DNA from: an uncultured Chloroflexia bacterium
GTDB taxonomy: Bacteria; Chloroflexota; Limnocylindria; Limnocylindrales; CSP1-4
Direction of reading: 5' to 3'
NCBI GenBank assembly: GCA_963731995.1
Contig: CAVSXV010000004.1
Span: 64,973 to 128,972, forward strand
Length of the DNA: 64,000 nucleotides
Part shown: positions 52,595-59,836 of the stretch, in pieces
How the letters are laid out: each line of letters starts with the position of its first letter
Position numbering within the stretch: the stretch's first letter is position 1
Position numbers and translations under genes: made by a program
The notes under the pieces: generated by a model
What the model saw: only the letters and a program-made list of their open reading frames with translations
Told to the model about the DNA's origin: nothing
Database searches by the model: none

Positions 52595-53431
52595 ATGCGC
52601 AGCCCGGAAGGTCGCTGCCTGGACAGCCTGCAGCGGGCCCCGGTGGCGCTCTACTCCGAATCGCTGCCGCTGGCCGTGCTCTTCAGCCCCAAGGCCGGGA
52701 CCACGTTCGCGGTGAAGTGGTTCTTCTTCCAGGAGGGTGTCCTCGACGAGGCACTGGCCTACGCGAAGTGGCCCCACCCGTATCGCCAGGAGGTCTTCTA
52801 CCAGCGGCCCGACTACGTCAAGAAGCTGGCTGCGGTCCCGTCGCTCGGCCCCAGGGTCGTCAAGTTCGTGCGCGATCCCTACGACCGGGCCGTGAGCTCC
52901 TACCTGCACTTCTGCGAGCTGTCGCAGCGGGATGACCCGATCCAGGCTCGCGCTGTCCTCGCCGACATCGGTGATCACCTGGGGCGTCGTGTCGGCATCG
53001 AGTCGTCATTCACCTTCCGTGAGTTCGTGAGCTACCTCGCCTCCATCGACCTTCACGTCGCCAATGTGCACTTCCGCACGCAAGTGAGTCCGTGCGAGCG
53101 AGACGGTCTCCTGCAGGAGATGCGCATCGTCAAGATCGAGGAGAGTCGCGACGAGCTGCCACGCCTGGAGGCGGACCTCGGCCTCAAGCCGAGCGACTAC
53201 GAGGAGCTGCGGAGCTCGCCGCACCACACGACCCGCGCGGATCTGCCCGGCTTCTTCGGTGATACGGAATTCGGCCTCGCGCGAGATGTGCCGACGCCGA
53301 GGACGGCGTCGTTCTACGACGAAGCGCTGATCCGCCAGAGTCGGGCGACTGTACGCAGGAGGACTGCGAGGCGTACGGGTACGAGTCCGCCGACCCCGCC
53401 GTCCGCCGACGAGCCAGCTACCGAACCGTAG
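52595..53431 (+). pseudogene. Sulfotransferase (fourth, of a distinct subfamily), probable frame disruption near the 3' end
   Basis: 'LAVLFSPKAGTTFAVKWFF' is the PAPS loop PKxGTT. 'VVKFVRDPYDRAVSSYLHF' is the RDPxxRxxS motif. 'FTFREFVSYLASIDLHVANVHFRTQ' also fits. The long upstream part of ORF 52082..53431 overlaps the pyruvyl transferase on the opposite strand and is probably not translated. The C-terminus may continue in another frame ('GRLYAEDCEAYGYES'). Confidence 0.6.
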
Positions 53432-53537
53432 GGCGCGGGTTGGGTTGGCTGCCCTCAAGGTGGCAGGCGGCAGGGGAGACCTCAACGCCCGCAGACGCCG
53501 ACCGCGATGCCGGTGGCGCTGACCGCGCTCGCCGCGA

Positions 53538-55227
53538 TCATGGCCCGCCTGGGTCAGCGCATCCAGGGCCCCGGTCACGATCGACGAGCTTCTCGTCCGA
53601 CGGAGGCGCTACATCCGCGGCCGCCGCGATCCGGCGTTGCTTGATCCGATCGGCGTCGCCCTCGAACGGTCCGCTGCCCATGGCGAAGGTTTGCACGAGC
53701 GGCTGCATGGCCGCGGGATACTCCTCCAACGCGGTGCGGTAGTCGCGGCTCAGGGACGCGACCCCGTCGCGGATGCGCTCGGCACACTGCCGCCGCCAGG
53801 CCTCGGTGGCCTCGACTCCCTCGTTGAGCTCCAACAGGACGCCGGGGCGCGGCGTCTCCGATTCGTCCGGCAGCACCGCCAGCTGGAAGGAGCGCACCGC
53901 GGCCGCAAGCTCGGGCTCCGCGTACAGGGTGGCCTCCACGTCCTCGGGATAGATGTTGGCGCCCATGATGCTGACGGTCGCGTCCCGGCGCCCGAAGATC
54001 CACACGAACGGGAGGGGCACCGGCTCCGTCCAGGGCAGGGGACCGCGTGGGCCGTACGCCTGCGGGTGTTCGCCCAGCCGGTCCAGCTCGTAGCCATGCT
54101 CGCGAAGGACCTTCTGCACGCGCCGGTAGCGAGCCACGCCACCCTCGTCGTGGACGTTGTAGCGGATGCGCGGTGCCAGCAGGTCGAGGCGGCTGACCGT
54201 GGCCACCACCTCCGAATCGTCGTTGACCTCCAGGAAGTGGATGAGCGGGTTGTACTGGAAGACCATGGGCAGGCGAGAGCGATCGCCGAAGAGCGCGGCG
54301 CGAACCTCCGGATCGGCGCGGGCGATCCGTCGCACGGCCACGCTGACCGGTGTCTCGGCCGCCATGCCGACCTCCAGGTCGGTCGCGCCGTAGCCGGAGT
54401 ACACCGAGGCGAAGCGTTCGAGCAGGTAGTCGCGCAGTCCCTCGGCCATGCCTTCGCCGCCGACGAGCCCGTGGATCTCGTAGTCGCCCCAGGGGAAGCC
54501 GCGGGCATCGCCGACCTCGAGCAGTCGCTTGAGGAACGGTGGGTAGCCACAGATCGTGTAGCGGTAGCGTGGGCCCAGGAGCTGCAGCGTGGAGAAGATC
54601 TTGTCGAGGTCGGGACCGGTGGACTTGACGATCGCCGTGCCGGTTCATGCCTTGCGCGGTGTTGATGCCGGCGGCCCAGGCGCCCATCGAGAAGGCGTTG
54701 ATGGTCACCATCGGGGCATCGCCGAAGATGTAGCGGGCAAAGAAGCCGATGTTGCGATGGGCGATGATCCGCTCCCGCTCGCAGCGGATCCAGTCGTACG
54801 GCCGGCCCGTGGAGCCGCTCGATTCATCGAGGGTCGTGCCCTTGAACGTGAACCTGCCATCGACACAGCGATCCTCGATCGAGAAGCGGTCGATGTACGA
54901 GTGCTTGTCCGTCTCGGGCAGCTCGTGGAGGATCCCCAGCGGCCAGGCTTCATCAGCGTGGAGGCCGCGCTCCCGGATCAGGCGGCCATAGGCGGGCACG
55001 CGACGGATGGCTCGGAAGGCGGCCCGTTCGGCGCGCAGCCGGCCCAGGAACTCGAGCAGGATCGGTGGGCTGTAGGTGAAGAGCGCCTTCAGCCACGCGA
55101 AGCGCAGGCCGAAGAGGCGGAACGTGACGTCGAGCGGGAGCAGCCAGGTCGCACGCAGGACGCCACCCAGCGTGGCCGCGCGGACCGAGCCTCGCTTGGC
55201 TGAGCGACTCAGTGACGTGGAACGCAT
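53538..55227 (-). pseudogene. CapK / coenzyme F390 synthetase-like adenylate-forming enzyme (PaaK family), two frame disruptions
   Basis: The N-terminal half is in ORF 53575..55272: 'YGRLIRERGLHADEAWPLGILHELPETDKHSYIDRF', 'LDESSGSTGRPYDWIR' (AMP-binding Ser/Thr/Gly loop) and 'INAFSMGAWAAG'. The C-terminal half is ORF 53538..54449: 'YGATDLEVGMAAE', 'IRYNVHDEGG' and 'VSIMGANIYPEDVE'. Confidence 0.65.
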
Positions 55228-55319
55228 GACTGGCGACCTCCCGTGACGGCGATCACCTGAGTCTCGACCCAAGACGTGCTCCTGTCATCGGTCAGCGGCT
55301 CAGTGGCCGCCTTATTCGG

Positions 55320-56499
55320 TCATGAGCCGACGGGGATGCGGCCGGCACCGGCCGAGGCCTCCACGCCGAAGACGCTGGCCTCGATGCCGGTGGCGCTGTA
55401 GTACTCCCGCTCGACGTGCTCCGCGAAGTCCTCGAGGCTCCAGCGATCGACGATCGCCACGAGGCAGCCACCGAAGCCGGCACCGGCCTGCCGGCGGGCG
55501 ATGAGGCCGGGGGCGCCGGTCATGGCCTCGTGCATGGCCGTCATCGACGGCGCGCCGATCTCGAACAGCCGGTTCGCACCCAGCCAGGAGGCGTCGAAGA
55601 TGCGGCCCGAGCGCATCCTGATCGCCCGTGCGCAGCGGCTCGGCCAGGTCCAGCACCCGCTGGTTCTCCTCGATGATGAAGCGACAGCGGCGGGCCACGA
55701 CCGGATCCAGCTCCGCCTCGTGCGCCTCGAACAGCTCCAGGCTCACGTCTCGCAGCGCCCTGACGCCCGGGTCGAAGCCGCGCGAAGTGGGCGGCACCGG
55801 CCTCGCACTGCGCCCGCCGCTCGTCGTACTCGGAGCCGGTCAGCTGGCGTGGGGCACGCGTGTCGCAGATGACCACCGCCAGCTCCTCGCTGATGCTCAC
55901 CGGCTCGCTGGTCAGCGCGCGGCAGTCGAGCAGCAGGGCATGCCCGGCCGTGCCCAGCACGGAGGTGTACTGGTCGAGGATCCCGCAGGCCACGCCCACG
56001 AACTCGTTCTCGACCCGCTGGCCCAGCAGCGCCAGCTCGAGCGGCTCGAGCTCCACCCCGCTGACGTGGGCGAAGGCCAGCAGCGCCACCGACTCGATGG
56101 CCGCCGACGACGACAGGCCGCTGCCGAAGGGCACGGTGCTGTGCAGCAGCCCGTCGAAGCCGGCGAGGTCGATCCCATCATCGATGAGCACCTTCGCCGC
56201 ACCACGGACGTAGTCGGTCCAGGGCGCGGCGGGGTCGTGCTCGATATGGTCGAGGCTGAACTCCGCCGAGCCCGGCAGGTTCAGCGTGGCGATGCGGACC
56301 ACGCCGGTCGGACCGCGGTCGGATCGACGATCCAGGTGTCGCGGTCCACGGTCATGGTGGCCACGAAGCCGTCGTTGTAGTCGGTGTGGCTGCCCATCAG
56401 GTCCACGCGACCCGGGGCGCGGAACCAGGCGGTCGGCGCTGCCCCGTACAGCTTGGTGAACTCGAGCGTGAGGGCCTCGACCCGCCGGCTGCGGTCCAT
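55320..56499 (-). pseudogene. galK: Galactokinase (GHMP kinase), frame-disrupted
   Basis: 'MDRSRRVEALTLEFTKLYGAAPTAWFRAPGRVDLMGSHTDYNDGFV' is the galactokinase signature. 'STVPFGSGLSSSAAIESVAL' is GHMP motif II. 'ENEFVGVACGILDQ' follows, and the C-terminus is 'RQAGAGFGGCLVAIV...REYYSATGIEASVFGVEASAGAG'. Confidence 0.8.
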
Positions 56500-56501
56500 G
56501 G

Positions 56502-57521
56502 CTAGGCCAACTCCTCCATGGCCTCCATGAGCGCCTCGATGTTGGCCATCGGGATGTCGCTCATCATCCGGTGCGAGGGCGCCAGCATCAGGCCGGTGCC
56601 GTTCGGCGCCAGGTCGGCCACGCACCGGCGAGCAGCGTCCTTCACCTCCTCGGGCGTGCCGTAGGGGAGGACCGTCTGGGTCGAGACGCCGCCGTAGAAG
56701 GCCAGCTTCCCGCCGAACTCCCGGTGCAGCCAGCGGTGGTCCACGACCTCCGGCTGGACCGGGTTGAGCGCGGTCAGGCCGATCTCCACGAGGTCGGGGA
56801 CGACGGAGGCGATGTCGCCATCGGAGTGCATCATCACCGGCAGGCCGCGGTCGAGGAAGGGCTCGAACAGGCGGGCCAGCCGGGGCTTGACGATCTCGCG
56901 CCAGGTGACCGGGCTGAACAGCGTGCTGACCTGGGCACCGTAGTCGTCGCCGAAGTAGGCACCGTCCACGCCGAGCTCGAGGTAGCGCTCGATGACCACG
57001 AGCCGGATCTCGACGATGCGGTCCATGAGCTCGCCGATGTAGGCGGGATCGAGCGCCAGCTCGAGCAGGGTGTTCTCGAATCCGCGAAGCGACCAGACGC
57101 GCTCGAAGAGGGCCCAGCCGACGTTGGGCACCACGAAGGCGGAGTCGCCCACTTGCTCGCGGACCGCCTTCGCCTCGTCGAGCAGGTGCGGATCGTGCGG
57201 GTCGGGCCAATCGTAGGTGTCGAGATCCCTGTCCTCGGCGAGTGGGGCCACGCGGATGTAGTAGCCCTCTTCGTGGGTGTCGTGGCCGGCGCCCCACCAA
57301 TCGAAGCGGACGGCGCCATCCTCGCTGTAGCGGGGCTCGTACGTCAGGTCGAGGCGCGCGAGGTGGTTGTCGAGCCGCTCCGGCAGGTCGGCCGGATCGA
57401 CCCCGAAGTGCTCCGCCATCGCCTGGCCCATGGAGCCGGTGTAGTTGAACTGCGTCGGCAGGCGGTCGACCTCCTGGTACGTCAATGCCCGCCGCACGCG
57501 CTCGCTCCGGGTCAGCTCCAT
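56502..57521 (-). CDS. Uroporphyrinogen decarboxylase (URO-D) family protein, MtaA/CmuA-like
   Basis: Intact 339-aa ORF. 'ERVRRALTYQEVDRLP', 'GVDGAYFGDDYGAQ', 'MMHSDGDI' and 'LNPVQPE' are typical of the URO-D fold family. Its stop is 2 nt from the galK start. Confidence 0.6.
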   Translation of the reverse strand: MELTRSERVRRALTYQEVDRLPTQFNYTGSMGQAMAEHFGVDPADLPERLDNHLARLDLTYEPRYSEDGAVRFDWWGAGHDTHEEGYYIRVAPLAEDRDLDTYDWPDPHDPHLLDEAKAVREQVGDSAFVVPNVGWALFERVWSLRGFENTLLELALDPAYIGELMDRIVEIRLVVIERYLELGVDGAYFGDDYGAQVSTLFSPVTWREIVKPRLARLFEPFLDRGLPVMMHSDGDIASVVPDLVEIGLTALNPVQPEVVDHRWLHREFGGKLAFYGGVSTQTVLPYGTPEEVKDAARRCVADLAPNGTGLMLAPSHRMMSDIPMANIEALMEAMEELA

Positions 57522-57639
57522 CGATCCTCCTTGTCCGGCCTGGTCTGCCTGCTCGAGACACTACCGATGCTGACCGGGTCGCACACGGCCATCGGCCCTG
57601 CTTTCCGTGTTCTGCCTGGCCGGACGCGACAGGGGCATG

Positions 57640-57660
57640 ATGTGTATTAGGTATACACAT
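57640..57660. promoter_or_regulatory. Perfect inverted repeat ATGTGTAT-N5-ATACACAT in an AT-rich patch just upstream of vapB (candidate antitoxin operator/promoter)
   Basis: Read directly: atgtgtat (57640-57647), taggt, atacacat (57653-57660). It lies 18 nt upstream of ATG 57678. Confidence 0.45.
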
Positions 57661-57677
57661 GTGATAAGTTGTTGCAC

Positions 57678-57950
57678 ATGACCACGCGGATCCACCTGGT
57701 GATCGATGAGCGTGAGCGCGACGCATTCCGCGCCAGGGCCACCGCAGAAGGGCTGTCGTTGTCCGAGTGGCTGCGCGAAGCTGCGCGGGAGCGGCTTGAG
57801 AGCGAACGGCCGCTCGAGATCGCCACGGTCGCTGACCTCGACCGTTTCTTCGCCGAACGGGCAGCGACCGCGTCAGGCGCGGAGCCCGACTGGGAGCAGC
57901 ACCTCGAGGTCATCGACCGCTCCCGGCATGCCGGTCTCGAGGCTCAGTAG
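57678..57950 (+). CDS. vapB: Ribbon-helix-helix antitoxin (VapB/CopG-like)
   Basis: 'MTTRIHLVIDERERDAFRARATAEGLSLSEWLREAARERL' has the RHH pattern. The gene lies directly upstream of a PIN-domain gene. Confidence 0.7.
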   Translation: MTTRIHLVIDERERDAFRARATAEGLSLSEWLREAARERLESERPLEIATVADLDRFFAERAATASGAEPDWEQHLEVIDRSRHAGLEAQ

Positions 57951-57956
57951 CCGGCG

Positions 57957-58350
57957 GTGGGTCCCAGCTTCGTCGACACCAACGTCTTCGTCTACGCCGT
58001 CGGGTCGTCCACACCCGCTGCGCGAGCCGGCCCAGGCCATGTTGCGTGAGCGCCTCGAACGACACGGGCCCATGGCCACGTCGGCAGAAGTGCTGCAGGA
58101 GCTGATGCACCTGTACCTGCCGGTCGGCCGGGACGATGCGCTCGACGCGGCGTTGCGGCTGGCACAGGACCTGACGGTCGCGTGGCCGGTCGAGGCGTCC
58201 GACGTGCTTGCTGCGCGCGACCTCGCGACGGCACATCCCGGGCTCGGCGCTCGCGACCTGCTCCACCTCACGGTCTGCCGTCGGTACGGGGCAGGGGAGC
58301 TGCTGTCCTTCGACCGCGCGCTGGTCGCCGCCTTCGGCTCCCGGAAGTAA
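57957..58350 (+). pseudogene. vapC: PIN-domain toxin (VapC), one frame disruption near 58005
   Basis: GTG 57957 gives 'VGPSFVDTNVFVYAVG', with the first acidic PIN residue. It then shifts to 'RPHPLREPAQAMLRE...SAEVLQELMHLY...ARDLLHLTVCRRYGAGELLSFDRAL' (frame of ORF 57706..58350). Confidence 0.7.
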
Positions 58351-58503
58351 CCGGTGGGGTGACGACGGTACCGGACGATTGGTCGGTGCGTCGCGGTCCG
58401 GCGTAGTTGGTGGCTCTTACATTCGGCGCGCCGGCTGGTAGAACTAGGGAACGACGAGTCCAGCTCGCCGTACCGAGCGGGCATCCAGGGGCCTCTCCAC
58501 CTG

Positions 58504-58797
58504 ATGCACACGGAGTACCAAGCCATGTCCCATACGCACGCCTACCCGTCGCTGCATGCCCGCATCCGCGAGGTGCGCGTGGGCCAGACGACCATCCCGG
58601 CCGGGGAATCATGGACCAGGCCCCCGGTCATCGCGTCATATACCGAGCGCTATCGAGGCACCGAGTACGAGTCCCACCTCGAGGCACCCGCCCCCGACCG
58701 CGAGCCGTTCGTCTCACTGGGTCGGCAGTTCGTGCTGCTGAGCGGCGTCGTCGCAGCCACCGTCACTGCGCTGGCCCTGTCCGTCACGTTGAGCTAA
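58504..58797 (+). CDS. Hypothetical small protein with a C-terminal TM helix
   Basis: 97-aa ORF with strong third-position GC bias. The hydrophobic tail is 'FVLLSGVVAATVTALALSVTL'. No family was recognised. Confidence 0.35.
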   Translation: MHTEYQAMSHTHAYPSLHARIREVRVGQTTIPAGESWTRPPVIASYTERYRGTEYESHLEAPAPDREPFVSLGRQFVLLSGVVAATVTALALSVTLS

Positions 58798-58864
58798 GGC
58801 GCGCCTGAGCCTCTACCCGAGTCTCCAGCGGTCGAACGGCGCCGTCCCGCGTGGAACCCGGGCG

Positions 58865-59650
58865 TTATTGCGCGGGCGGGTTGAGCTGCTCCGCAACCTG
58901 CTCGATCGGCGCCTGGTTCACGGTCACACTGCCTTCCCCAGGACGATCGATGTCGATGATCAACGTGATCACCGCGCCGAGGACGACGATCATGACTCCG
59001 GCCGTGAGCAAGCTGCGGTGTCCTGTGAGGCCGGCTGAGAGCCCGACCATGCCGAGCGTCATCACCGAGCCGATGAAGAGCAGCAACAGGACCGTGTCAG
59101 GCACACGCACGGAGAGTCCGGCGAATGCCCGCTCGCTCGCGACATCGATGGTCGAATTGAGCGCATCGACGTAAAGCGCAAGCAACGGCGAGCCCGGGTC
59201 GCTTATCGCCAACGCCTGTGCGATCGACCACAGCTCGGTGAGGATCTGGTTGGATGCGGCTACCTGCGTACGCGTCTTCGCAAGGTCGTCCGGCGGGACT
59301 CGCAGCGTCGCGTACTCGGCGAGCAGGGTGCGGGACTGGCTGCTGGCCGGCTCCGGCAGGTAGCCCGCGCGCAGGTACGTGGTACCGATGGCGTTGGCCT
59401 CGGCCATCACGAGGGCGCGGCGAGTGTCGTAGCGGTCGGTGGCCATGCCCATGGTGATCGCCAGCAGGAAGGCCATAAGGGCGAGGATCGAGCCCACGAT
59501 CATGCCCGTGGGGCCCTCCTTCTCCTCCGGCGTTCGGTTCTGGTACCAGCGACCGAGGATGTACCCGAGCTCGTAGAGGAGCAGTCCGGAGAGCGCGAAG
59601 AGGACGAAGATCCCGACGATCGGGACGTCTGCGAGCAACTCCTCGAACAT
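58865..59650 (-). CDS. DUF4239-like membrane protein
   Basis: Intact 261-aa ORF. It has two N-terminal TMs ('VPIVGIFVLFALSGLLLY', 'IVGSILALMAFLLAITMGMA'), a central soluble part ('RRALVMAEANAIGTTYLRAGYL') and two C-terminal TMs. Confidence 0.5.
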   Translation of the reverse strand: MFEELLADVPIVGIFVLFALSGLLLYELGYILGRWYQNRTPEEKEGPTGMIVGSILALMAFLLAITMGMATDRYDTRRALVMAEANAIGTTYLRAGYLPEPASSQSRTLLAEYATLRVPPDDLAKTRTQVAASNQILTELWSIAQALAISDPGSPLLALYVDALNSTIDVASERAFAGLSVRVPDTVLLLLFIGSVMTLGMVGLSAGLTGHRSLLTAGVMIVVLGAVITLIIDIDRPGEGSVTVNQAPIEQVAEQLNPPAQ

Positions 59651-59836
59651 CGATGGCTCCCTACGTTCGGTCGTCCGGCCTGGGATGCAAGCCTAGCCCA
59701 CTGGTGGAACCGCCGAAGGGTTCAACCCGCGTCCGTCCGAAGCTTCCCCCGGTCTGGCTCTCTCGCGATCGTCTGGCAGCGGTCCGGGTCGCTGCAGTCG
59801 ACTGGCACGCAGGCTCTCGATCCGACGGTCGACATC

